A stretch of 64,000 nucleotides of DNA from Dehalococcoidia bacterium (GTDB lineage: Bacteria > Chloroflexota > Dehalococcoidia > Lucifugimonadales > UBA3495): NCBI GenBank assembly GCA_965243185.1, contig OZ251531.1, positions 2,534,532 to 2,598,531 of the forward strand. The letters are read 5' to 3'. Below the pieces are notes generated by a model that had not been told where the DNA came from, did not search any database, and saw only the letters and a list, made by a program, of their open reading frames with translations. Below, one piece after another: positions 27,091 to 35,949 of the stretch. Numbering within the stretch: position 1 is the first letter of the stretch; each line of letters opens with the position of its first letter. A program made the translations under genes and the position numbers.

Positions 27091-27140
27091 ATAAGTAGGC
27101 CGCAAGGTATATGCGATGGCCTTGCGGTCAAGGGCTGTTT

Positions 27141-27920
27141 ATGCCGCATCTCTTGAATGTCTGGCCGCAAGTACGCCGGCAAGTTAATCGAGCCGGGCAT
27201 ATTTTGTTGCTGCTGGATTATGACGGGACTTTAGCGCCCCTTGCGCCGCGGCCGGAGCTGGCGGTTTTGCCGGAGGATACGCGGCGGGCGGTGAGTCGGC
27301 TGCAACGGCGGGAACGGTATACGGTGGGTCTGGTCAGCGGGCGGGGGCTGGCGGATTTGAGGGGGATGGTGGCTTTGCCGGGGCTGATTTACGCCGGCAA
27401 TCACGGGTTGGAGATACAAGGGCCGGGGCTGGAGTTTTTGCATCCGGCGGCGGACGAATGGCGGGGGGAATTGGCGGCATTGGTCAACACCTTGGCGAAT
27501 CGGTTGGGCGGGTATGAGGGGGTTCTGGTCGAGGGCAAGGGGCTGACTTTGAGCGTTCACTATCGGTTGACGCCGGGGGAACAGCGGGCGGCGGTGGCGG
27601 CGGATTTTAGGGCGGCGGTAGGGGAATTGCAGGCGGCGGGGCGGGCGCGGATTACCCGGGGCAAGGAAGTGCTGGAGGTGCGGCCGGCGGTGGATTGGGA
27701 TAAGGGGAAGGCCATTGCGCGGATTGCGGCGGAGTTTCCGGCGGGGACGCTGCCGGTGTTTTTCGGGGATGATTTGACGGATGAGGATGGGTTTGCGGCG
27801 GTGGCGGAATTGGGGGGAATATCGGTAATAGTGGGGCCGGCGCGGCAACCGACGCGGGCGGCGTATCGGGTGGATTCGCCCCGGGAAGTGGCGGAGACGC
27901 TGACTTTGCTGGCGGATTGA
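27141..27920 (+). CDS. otsB: Trehalose-6-phosphate phosphatase
   Basis: LLLLDYDGTLAP (HAD motif I), SGRGL, GNHG, KGKA and FFGDDLTDEDGF are present. An alternative start lies at 27111. Confidence 0.85.
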   Translation: MPHLLNVWPQVRRQVNRAGHILLLLDYDGTLAPLAPRPELAVLPEDTRRAVSRLQRRERYTVGLVSGRGLADLRGMVALPGLIYAGNHGLEIQGPGLEFLHPAADEWRGELAALVNTLANRLGGYEGVLVEGKGLTLSVHYRLTPGEQRAAVAADFRAAVGELQAAGRARITRGKEVLEVRPAVDWDKGKAIARIAAEFPAGTLPVFFGDDLTDEDGFAAVAELGGISVIVGPARQPTRAAYRVDSPREVAETLTLLAD

Positions 27921-27922
27921 GG

Positions 27923-28372
27923 CTAACCTTCGGCTTCGACCTGGAGGAGTTTGTCGAGGCGGCGTTGGAAACGGGGTTCGGGTTGGAAGGCAGCGTTAAG
28001 GAAGGCGGTGAGGATTTCTTTGGCGAGGTCGGGGCCGATGATGCGGGCGCCGAGGCAGAGGATGTTCATCGCGTCGTGTTCGACGCCCTGGTGGGCGCTG
28101 TAGGTATCGTGGCAGAGGCCGGCGCGGATGCCGGCTATTTTGTTGGCGGTGATGCTGGCGCCGATGCCGCTGCCACAGATAATGATGCCGCGTTCGGCGT
28201 GGCCGGCGGCGATGGCGCGGGCGACGGCGACGGCGAAGTCGGGGTAGTCGTCCTCCGGGTCGAGGGTGTGGGCGCCGAGGTCATGGATGTGGTGGCCGGC
28301 GGATGCGAGCCAAGGTTTGAGGGTTTCTTTGAGGGGAAGGCCGGCGTGGTCGGCGCCGAGGGCGATTTGCAT
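27923..28372 (-). CDS. rpiB: Ribose-5-phosphate isomerase B
   Basis: MQIALGADHAGLPLKE...GIIICGSGIGASITANKIAGIRAGLCHD...HDAMNILCLGARIIG is present. Confidence 0.9.
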   Translation of the reverse strand: MQIALGADHAGLPLKETLKPWLASAGHHIHDLGAHTLDPEDDYPDFAVAVARAIAAGHAERGIIICGSGIGASITANKIAGIRAGLCHDTYSAHQGVEHDAMNILCLGARIIGPDLAKEILTAFLNAAFQPEPRFQRRLDKLLQVEAEG

Positions 28373-28655
28373 AGCGGCAGGCTCCAAGAGGGATGGTTGG
28401 GTGGTTAAGGTTCGGGTGAGTTTAAGGATAGCGGCAAGGGGGCGGGTGGGGCAAGGGGTGGGGGAGTGGGAATTGGGAATTAGGATGTGTGGACCTTTAC
28501 TAAATTCCGGTAGGAAACCGGGCAGGTTTGTGGCGATTCAGCGGCGGCGACCGGACTGAACCGGTACGCCTAATGCTCCGCCTCAGTCGCCGGTATTTTG
28601 CTAACGGCTCGGCGTGGTATAATGGGGGCGTTGCAATGGGTGCAAGCCTGAGGAG

Positions 28656-28856
28656 GTGGAACTGATGCAGACCGGTATTTTGATTGGACTGGCTTTTGTT
28701 GCGGTTTGCTGGGCATTAGTCATCGGGCATCAGCTGAATGCTTTTGACCCTGACCAGTTTGCGGTGTTGCAGGGCTTTACCGCCGTGGCTTATGTAGGGG
28801 CCGGTTTGTCCCTTTGCGTGGTCTTTGTGGCGGCGGTGGCGGCGTTCAAGAGGTGA
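28656..28856 (+). CDS. Small membrane protein (2 TM segments)
   Basis: Two hydrophobic segments are present, and TGGTATAAT lies at 28615-28623 upstream. The stop overlaps the next GTG (GTGA). Confidence 0.45.
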   Translation: MELMQTGILIGLAFVAVCWALVIGHQLNAFDPDQFAVLQGFTAVAYVGAGLSLCVVFVAAVAAFKR

Positions 28857-29071
28857 AAGAGCGTCAAAGAAATTGGTTGAGCCGGCTGAGCGATTGGCTA
28901 CGACCGGGGCTGACCGACTTGGGGACGGTGTGGTTAGGCGCGGCGGCTATATTCCTGACCCGGGCTTTTCCGTCCGACGCCCCGTTGGACGATTTTAACT
29001 TGGGGATGTTGATTGCCAGCTTGGTCTGTTGCGCCGTCGGCATGACCTTGCGGATGCTGGCCCGGCCTTAA
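28853..29071 (+). CDS. Small membrane protein
   Basis: The GTG at 28853 overlaps the upstream stop. Two hydrophobic segments are present (LGTVWLGAAAIFL and MLIASLVCCAVGM). Confidence 0.4.
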   Translation: MKERQRNWLSRLSDWLRPGLTDLGTVWLGAAAIFLTRAFPSDAPLDDFNLGMLIASLVCCAVGMTLRMLARP

Positions 29072-29138
29072 CCGCCCCTTGCACATTGCCCGGTTCATTC
29101 CGTACCATACGAACTTTTACCGACTTTGGGGTGCCTTG

Positions 29139-29615
29139 ATGCGTATTCCCGGACACAAGCGAAGCCAGGAACCTGACGCGGTAGGCAACCGGGCCGGCGT
29201 ATTTGCCGAAGCCATCCGGGACGGCGATATGAACCAGGCTTGGGGAATGCTGTCCCGGGAAACCCGGGGGATGCGCTTGGGCGTCTGGGCCACGCGCAAC
29301 AACATTGATATGCAGGACGCTTATCGGGCGGCCTACGACCGCGACCACGGGATGCGGGCCAGTATGCTGAAAGATTTTCGCGATACCGTGCTGCGCTTGT
29401 GGCCGCTGGAGGATTTGACCGACTTGGGCGTGGCCCCGACCAGCTATATCGACGACCGCCACGCCTTCGCCTTTCTGCCCTTCGGAGTCGTCGAGGAGGA
29501 GCGGTCGGTGCCGCAGGGTCGGATGATGTCGGGCCTGGTAATTCCGATGCTGCTGGAGGAAGGGCAATGGCAAGTAGATTTGCCCGGTTGGCGCTTCTTG
29601 AACACCCGGGGATGA
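29139..29615 (+). CDS. Hypothetical protein
   Basis: About 158 aa from the ATG at 29139 (alternative TTG at 29079). No recognisable motif. Confidence 0.45.
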   Translation: MRIPGHKRSQEPDAVGNRAGVFAEAIRDGDMNQAWGMLSRETRGMRLGVWATRNNIDMQDAYRAAYDRDHGMRASMLKDFRDTVLRLWPLEDLTDLGVAPTSYIDDRHAFAFLPFGVVEEERSVPQGRMMSGLVIPMLLEEGQWQVDLPGWRFLNTRG

Positions 29616-29786
29616 TGGCCGGCCGGGCTGCGGCAATCAGTAATCGAGTTGATGACCGGGCTAAACCGGCCACAATAACCGGCCGGCCATCCCCCCAGCC
29701 CACCCCTGTTCACTCCCAACTTCTCCCATATATGTCACCCCGCCATTCCGGTTACTACCCCTGTCATTCCCCCCCTTTATATCCTC

Positions 29787-29825
29787 ATGTCATTCCGAGC
29801 CGACAGCCGAGGAATCTAAAATGCC
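29787..29825. repeat. Family-A repeat, half copy
   Basis: The sequence is atgtcattccgagccgacagccgaggaatctaaaatgcc. Confidence 0.75.
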
Positions 29826-29968
29826 CGCCTGACCCCATCACTACCGCAGCATCCCCCACCGTCCCCCTATTCCTAATTCCCGATTCCCCCCTCATCCCCG
29901 GTTGACAACCCTAGCCTCATCCTGTTACCCTAACCCCACCTCGAACTTCCCCCACGGAGGCCGCCTAT

Positions 29969-30911
29969 ATGTTCCCCTTCCCCCTCAAACTAATCCTCTC
30001 CCTGACCAACCTGTCCCTCCTCCTAGTCACCGCCGCCTTCACCCAAAGCAGCCCCACCGCCCCGGCCCTCACCTGCTCCAATTCTGTACTACCCCCCCCC
30101 AGAACGCTTGTTCTATGTAGGCGCGGCTGCGGCCGCCCCCCGCTCCATCCCCTGGAACTGTGACGACTGGCAAGCCTCCCCCGCCGTTGCCGACGCCGAT
30201 GACGCCCGCGTCTCCGCCATCCTCGAATCCCTCGCCGCCAACCGCGGCAAAACCATCTACTGCGCCATCGACCAATCCGACACCTTCACCAAAGCCGAAA
30301 CCTGGGCCGCCGGCCGCCACCGCAACGAACGGGATGACACCGTCTATTTCGGCCAAAGCGGCAACTTCCGCGGCTTTCTGGCGGCCCAAGAAGGCTACCT
30401 GACCGATGGCGAATCCGGCGTTACCGGCGTCTCCCGCGACCTCATCTTTGAATTCCCCCGAGAGGAACGGAAACGGCGGCGGTACCGGACTTTTAAGGCG
30501 TGCCCGGCTTATGATGCCGCCCAACAGCACCCGCCTTATTCCCCTTGTGTATTGCAGACCGGCTTGCACAGTACGGCGGGCGGGATCGGCAATCGCGCTT
30601 CCGCGCTAACCGCCGCTAACACCCAGTGGCTCACCTTCGCCGGGCGACCCGCGGCGGTCAACACCGCTGAAAAATATCAGGCTTGGCTGGAAGTATCGGC
30701 CCGCCAAGCGGACGCTAACGCCCAGGCCACGGCCGCCTGCCGCGTCCGCGGAGCGCGTTTGACCGGCCGCGCCCGGATCCGGGTTCAACCCGGTACGACC
30801 CGGGCAGCCGATACCTATTACTACAGCGCGAACTTGGCCGGCGGCGGCAATTATCAATTCCGGGTGGGCGCCCAAATCTACTTCGACGCTACCTGCAAAA
30901 AACGCCGGTAG
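29969..30911 (+). CDS. Secreted Cys-containing protein family, paralog 2. The signal-peptide ORF (29969-30163) and the mature-domain ORF (+1 frame, to 30911) are joined only by a +1 shift in a C9 run.
   Basis: GGAGG lies 8 nt before the ATG at 29969. MFPFPLKLILSLTNLSLLLVTAAF is a signal peptide. The +1 frame after 30092-30100 reads ERLFYVGAAAAAPRSIPWNCDDWQASPAVADADDARVSAILESLAANRGKTIYCAIDQSD..., about 80 percent identical to 60382-61398 over roughly 125 aa. Confidence 0.6.
30092..30100. repeat. C9 homopolymer at the signal-peptide/mature-domain junction
   Basis: Counted directly in gta cta ccc ccc ccc aga acg. Confidence 0.95.
30101..30114. promoter_or_regulatory. Perfect AGAAC-N4-GTTCT palindrome directly after the C9 run
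   Basis: agaacgcttgttct is read directly. Confidence 0.3.
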
Positions 30912-31020
30912 GCGGGGTTCGCCCGGCCCCGGTGAACGGGCGGGAGCGGCAACCCACTCCAAGGGGGCGGGATTAGAATGGTCCGCCCTCTTCCATTTTC
31001 GCCTTCCCAACGCCCCCACC

Positions 31021-31152
31021 CATGCCATTCCGCGGCGACAGCCGAGGAATCTAAAATGCCGCCCCCGCAACTAACTTCAACACAACCAGCCCTCCCCAAA
31101 ACTCCAAAAGTTTTGAGGGTGTGCGGGGGAACTTTTACAAAAGTTCCCCCGC
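31021..31152. repeat. Composite repeat unit (family-A half, caaaagttttgaggg motif, family-C palindrome)
   Basis: By eye about 85-90 percent identical to 60025-60152. It also matches the reverse complement of roughly 429-535. Confidence 0.8.
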
Positions 31153-31194
31153 CGTACTCCATCCCCCGGCCACCATCCTTCCCCACCTGTTACC

Positions 31195-32284
31195 GTCATT
31201 CCCACGAAAGTGGGAATGTACATTCACAGTTCAAGCGCAACACATCCCGGGCCAAAACCTCCGCCGGGGTCTGATACCCCAAGCACTGCCGGGGCGTATT
31301 ATTGTACGCCCGCACCCGCTCAATTAACAACTCCTCCGGCAAAGTCGCCAAATCCGTCCGTCGCGGCAGCGTCCGCCGCAGCCGCCCGATGGCATTCTCC
31401 ACTCCGCCCTTCTGCCACGGCGAATGGGTGTCGCAGAAATAGGTGGCAATCCCCTGCTCGTGCAGCCGATAGTGGCGGGCGAACTCGGCCCCATTGTCAA
31501 AGGTCACCGTCTGCCGCCACTCGTCCGGCAGCACATTCAGCACCTGGCCGATGACCGTGGCGATGGGTTCCGCCAGCTTGCCTTGCGGCAGTCGCAAGGC
31601 CACCAGCAACCGGGAATAGCGCTCCTCCAATACCAGGGCGGCTTGCCCGTAGGGGCTGAACAGCATCAAGTCCGCTTCCCAATGCCCGGGCGTCTGCCGG
31701 GTCGCGGCCGCCGCCGGCCGGGCGTCCAGTCCCTGCCGGTAGGGAATGCGACTGCCAGCCTGCCCCCGCTTGCTCCGACCCCGGCGGGTTTTGCCCTGCG
31801 GCAAGTAATGCCGCCAGTCATACGCCTTGCCCCGCCGGATTTGGGCATCAATGAACCGGTAGATGGTCTCGTGGGACAAAATCGTCCGACCCATCTCCCG
31901 TTTCAAGCGACCGCATACCTGCTGCGGCGACCACCCGGCTTTGAGCCGGGCCAACACCCACTCCCGCAAAGCGGCGTCCCGTTCCAACTTGGAGCCTTGC
32001 CACCGCCGAGCCCGGGCTTGCTGGTCAGCATAAGCCGGCTGATCGCCCCGCTGTCGGGAGCTGCCGTTGCGTTTCACCTCCCGAGTAATGGTTGATGGCG
32101 CGCGATCCAAAGCTGCCGCGATTTGGCGGTAGGAGCAGCCCGCGGCTTGTAGTCGGGCCAGTTCACACCGCTCTGCCAAGGTAAGCTGTTGATACCGAGT
32201 TCCCATTGCAGCGCCTCCGCCAGAAAGTGTTGCACTTCCTTTGTGAATTTAGCGAATCCAGAAAATCCGGGGACTGGGAATGAC
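31195..32284 (-). mobile_element. IS30-family element, copy 2 (intact transposase), inverted relative to copy 1
   Basis: Flanked by gtcattcccacgaaagtgggaat (31195-31217) and gaatccagaaaatccggggactgggaatgac (about 32254-32284), which are family-B halves. The subterminal sequence cattcacagttcaag is shared with copy 1. Confidence 0.75.
31196..32206 (-). CDS. IS30-family transposase
   Basis: A 336-aa protein with an N-terminal HTH (LTLAERCELARLQAAGCSYRQIAAAL). HWEADLM...DNGAEF...CDTHSPWQKGGVENAIGRLRR is the DDE (rve) core typical of IS30. Confidence 0.9.
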   Translation of the reverse strand: MGTRYQQLTLAERCELARLQAAGCSYRQIAAALDRAPSTITREVKRNGSSRQRGDQPAYADQQARARRWQGSKLERDAALREWVLARLKAGWSPQQVCGRLKREMGRTILSHETIYRFIDAQIRRGKAYDWRHYLPQGKTRRGRSKRGQAGSRIPYRQGLDARPAAAATRQTPGHWEADLMLFSPYGQAALVLEERYSRLLVALRLPQGKLAEPIATVIGQVLNVLPDEWRQTVTFDNGAEFARHYRLHEQGIATYFCDTHSPWQKGGVENAIGRLRRTLPRRTDLATLPEELLIERVRAYNNTPRQCLGYQTPAEVLARDVLRLNCECTFPLSWE

Positions 32285-32411
32285 GACTTCTATATGCGAT
32301 ACCCCAAAACCCCATCCCCAAATAAGGTATCCCCCACCATCCCCAAAAGTGCTATACTTATAACCATCCCAAAAACCGCCAGCCCGCAAACGCCACCCAA
32401 CGAGGGAAACA

Positions 32412-32774
32412 ATGTCGCTCTACTTTCTGATGGGAACCTCCACCTCCAGCGGCCGCCGCCGCCTCCGCGACAACCCGGATTTGATTGTCGAGTCTATCCG
32501 CGACTGCCACTGCGAAGGCGCCGACATCCTCAGCCAGTACGCCGTCCTCGGCCAGTACGACTTTGTAATGCTCGCCGAAGCCGACGACAACGACGCCGTC
32601 GCCCGCCTCTCCCTGGAAATGTCCGTCCTCGCCGGCCTCCAGATCGAAACCCTCCCCGCCATCGCCATCCGCCTCCGCGGCGACAGCGACCCCAACGCCG
32701 TGGACTACGAACCGGCTTACGCCACCGCCCCGGCCGTCAGCGAATGGACCCTCCCCGACCAGCAGCCCGACTAA
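32412..32774 (+). CDS. GYD-domain protein
   Basis: MSLYFLMGTSTSSGRRRL...YAVLGQYDFVMLAEADDNDAVARLSLEM carries the GxYD motif. TGCTATACT lies at 32349-32357 upstream. Confidence 0.7.
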   Translation: MSLYFLMGTSTSSGRRRLRDNPDLIVESIRDCHCEGADILSQYAVLGQYDFVMLAEADDNDAVARLSLEMSVLAGLQIETLPAIAIRLRGDSDPNAVDYEPAYATAPAVSEWTLPDQQPD

Positions 32775-32788
32775 TCCCCAGCCCGACC

Positions 32789-32840
32789 GGAATAGAACCG
32801 TCATTCCCCTATAGTAACCGTCATTCCCACGAAAGTGGGA
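32789..32840. repeat. Family-B repeat copies (one partial plus cgtcattcccacgaaagtgggaatccagaaag)
   Basis: Read directly. Same unit as 62124-62154 and 59963-59995. Confidence 0.75.
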
Positions 32841-32957
32841 ATCCAGAAAGCCCGGAGACCTGTTAGTAGGAATGATGGTAAGTAAGCCGCTAGATATATG
32901 CAACAGCCTTGGTACCGGGGCCAACCCCAACCCTTCACCCCACCGGCAGGTAACTCA

Positions 32958-33758
<801 letters not shown>

Positions 33759-33821
33759 GGGGATAATCGGATTACCGCGTCTGACTTGCTGATTGGCCGC
33801 TTTGCCGCGTCCCGCCCCGGT

Positions 33822-34772
33822 TCAGCCGGGAATCAGCGGCATCACTTCCCGGGAGAACTGCTCCATAGCCTCTTGCAGGGCGGCGGCGCTGTTCACCCGA
33901 AAGCCCAAGATAAAGTTCTGAACGCCGATGTCCTGGTACTGGCGCAGGTCGGCGGCGATTTGTTCGGGAATGCCCTGCATCAGGCGGCGGCCCGGCCCGG
34001 CGGTACGGTCAAACTCCACATCGGTACTGAAACAGGGGGCTACGGCGTCCTCCGGGCGGCCGGCTTGGACCGTGAGACGGCGCAGTTGGGCGATTTTGCC
34101 GGCCAGTTCCTCCGGTTCCAGCACCGCCGGCGGCCGCAGGCCAATAGGCATCCAACCGTCGCCCAAGGCGGCGGCGCGGCGCAGAGCCGGCCCGGTATGG
34201 CCGCCAATCCACAGCGGCGGATGCGGCTTTTGTACCGGCTTGGGCAGGAAGCCGGCCCCGGCGGTTTGAGCGTAGCGGCCATTGAACTCCGGGTTTTCCG
34301 CCGTCCACAGTTCCTTGAACAGTCGCAGGTATTCGTTAGTTACCGCGCCCCGCTCGGCAAAAGTGTCCAGTCCCAAGGCTTGAAACTCCTCCTCCATCCA
34401 GCCCACGCCCACGCCCAAAGTTACCCGCCCTTCGGACAGGGTGTCGAGGGTGGCAATCATCTTGGCGGCCAGCACCGGGTTGCGGTAGGGGATAATCAGC
34501 ACATGGGTGCCGAGACGCAGGTGATGGGTGCAGCCGGCCAGAAAGTTGAGGGTGGACAGGGGGTCGTAGTAAGGCTGGTCGGGGCTGAAAGCCGGCGTCC
34601 CGTCCGGGGAGTAAGGATAGAAAGATGCAACCTGCCGGGGCAGGATGATGTGGTCGCTGACCCAAGCGGAGTCGAAGCCCAATTCCTCAGCCCGCTGGGC
34701 CAAAGAACGCAGGGTTTGGGGGCTGGCCAGCGGCCCCCGGCTGGGCAGGGAACAGCCAAAAGTTACCGGCAT
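33822..34772 (-). CDS. LLM-class F420-dependent oxidoreductase
   Basis: AEELGFDSAWVSDH, LGTHVLIIPYRNP and GRVTLGVGVGW are present. Confidence 0.8.
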   Translation of the reverse strand: MPVTFGCSLPSRGPLASPQTLRSLAQRAEELGFDSAWVSDHIILPRQVASFYPYSPDGTPAFSPDQPYYDPLSTLNFLAGCTHHLRLGTHVLIIPYRNPVLAAKMIATLDTLSEGRVTLGVGVGWMEEEFQALGLDTFAERGAVTNEYLRLFKELWTAENPEFNGRYAQTAGAGFLPKPVQKPHPPLWIGGHTGPALRRAAALGDGWMPIGLRPPAVLEPEELAGKIAQLRRLTVQAGRPEDAVAPCFSTDVEFDRTAGPGRRLMQGIPEQIAADLRQYQDIGVQNFILGFRVNSAAALQEAMEQFSREVMPLIPG

Positions 34773-34821
34773 AAGAGTCGCCTCCTTTTACGCTGATTTG
34801 GTAGAACCGGGTGAAACCGGA

Positions 34822-35055
34822 TTAGACCGGTACCGCCGCCGGCTTAACCGGGGACAGCTCCACATTGAGGGGTTGGTCTTTGATCGCGCTGACGCCATCA
34901 ATCTTGAACCCCAGTATGTTGTCAGCCAAATCCACTAGAGCCAAAGCCCGGCGGTCGGCGGTAGCGGTGTAGTACCCGTTGCCGGTTCCCCAGGAAACAT
35001 CCAGGTAGTCGCCGGCGGCGTCGTACCAGACATTGACTTTCAGCCGCTGGTTCAT
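34822..35055 (-). CDS. DUF2283-like small protein (antitoxin-like), copy 3 of 3
   Basis: VWYDAAGDYLDVSWGTGNGYYTATADRRALALVDLADNILGFKIDGVSAI fits the DUF2283 pattern (YD.e.D.l.v.......vD..g.i.G.ei). Confidence 0.65.
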   Translation of the reverse strand: MNQRLKVNVWYDAAGDYLDVSWGTGNGYYTATADRRALALVDLADNILGFKIDGVSAIKDQPLNVELSPVKPAAVPV

Positions 35056-35091
35056 AGGGGGTCTCCTTATGCCCCTGAAAACCCGGTAGCG

Positions 35092-35331
35092 TCATTCTTT
35101 GGGCGGCATCACCGGGTACAAGTCCACATTGACGAAGCCCATTTCCCCATCGTCGATTTCGCTGATGCCGCAGACCTTGAACCCGCACAAGTTGCCGGCG
35201 GCGTCCACCAGAGCCTGTACCCGGTGGTCGGCGGTAGCGGTGTAGCGGGTATCCGGCGGGGCCGCCCAATGGACTGCGAAGTAATCCCCGGCTTCGTCAA
35301 AGCGGACGCTGATGTTTTTGATTTCCTCCAT
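35092..35331 (-). CDS. DUF2283-like small protein, copy 2 of 3
   Basis: From the ATG at 35331: MEEIKNISVRFDEAGDYFAVHWAAPPDTRYTATADHRVQALVDAAGNLCGFKVCGISEI. Confidence 0.65.
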   Translation of the reverse strand: MEEIKNISVRFDEAGDYFAVHWAAPPDTRYTATADHRVQALVDAAGNLCGFKVCGISEIDDGEMGFVNVDLYPVMPPKE

Positions 35332-35336
35332 AAGGG

Positions 35337-35585
35337 CTATACCTCCACCACCGCCGGGCGGTCTTGCGGCAGTTCCGCCGGGGTCAAGTCTTGGTTGACA
35401 ATGGCCCCGCCATTGAGCTTGTTGAGACCCCAAACCTTGAACCCCGTAATGTCGCCGTCCTTATCCACCAGCACCCACACATCGTCGTTTTCGGTAGGCG
35501 TAAAGCAACGGCCCGGGGACCAAACCACATCCAGGTGGTACCAAGCCTTGTCGAACCAAACGTTCACCCGGTCAATTTGCCCCAT
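35337..35585 (-). CDS. DUF2283-like small protein, copy 1 of 3
   Basis: VWFDKAWYHLDVVWSPGRCFTPTENDDVWVLVDKDGDITGFKVWGL is present. It overlaps the upstream toxin-like gene by 22 nt. Confidence 0.6.
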   Translation of the reverse strand: MGQIDRVNVWFDKAWYHLDVVWSPGRCFTPTENDDVWVLVDKDGDITGFKVWGLNKLNGGAIVNQDLTPAELPQDRPAVVEV

Positions 35586-35890
35586 AGCAGTTCATCTCCT
35601 TTGATGTGGCTGGCGACAAAAGCGGTTATGATATAAGCATCGCCATTGAGAACCTTAATCGCCACGCAAATTCGGTTGTCGCCCACCGGCAGGCCATTGA
35701 ACCAGCGATAGTATAGCCGAACGGTGTTCGGGTCTTGGGGATCCCGGTAGATTTCATCCGGGTCGGCTAGCGTTTCCCCAATAGTATATTCCATCGCAGC
35801 CATTTCCGAATGGTCGATGAGGATATGCCGCCACCGCTCCTCAGGAAAGCGGATGGCCCGACCTTGGTAGTCTAACAGCATTGCCCGCAT
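35564..35890 (-). CDS. Small toxin-like protein (DUF4258 or RelE/barnase-fold-like)
   Basis: A 108-aa protein. RFPEERWRHILIDHSEM...PDEIYRD...RICVAIKVLNGDAYIITAFV matches the pattern of small nuclease-type toxins that precede DUF2283 genes. The family assignment is from memory only. Confidence 0.45.
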   Translation of the reverse strand: MRAMLLDYQGRAIRFPEERWRHILIDHSEMAAMEYTIGETLADPDEIYRDPQDPNTVRLYYRWFNGLPVGDNRICVAIKVLNGDAYIITAFVASHIKGDELLWGKLTG

Positions 35891-35949
35891 TTATGATACT
35901 CCGCGGAAGGAAGGGGTTACAGCTGCGGGCGGCAAACCCGATTAACTGA

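Noticed and set aside
2316-32284. Active composite transposon formed by the two IS30 copies
   Set aside because: The copies are about 10 percent diverged, and one has a nonsense codon. The interior includes core metabolic genes. No common target duplication outside the pair could be identified. It is kept only as a low-interest inversion or remnant hypothesis.
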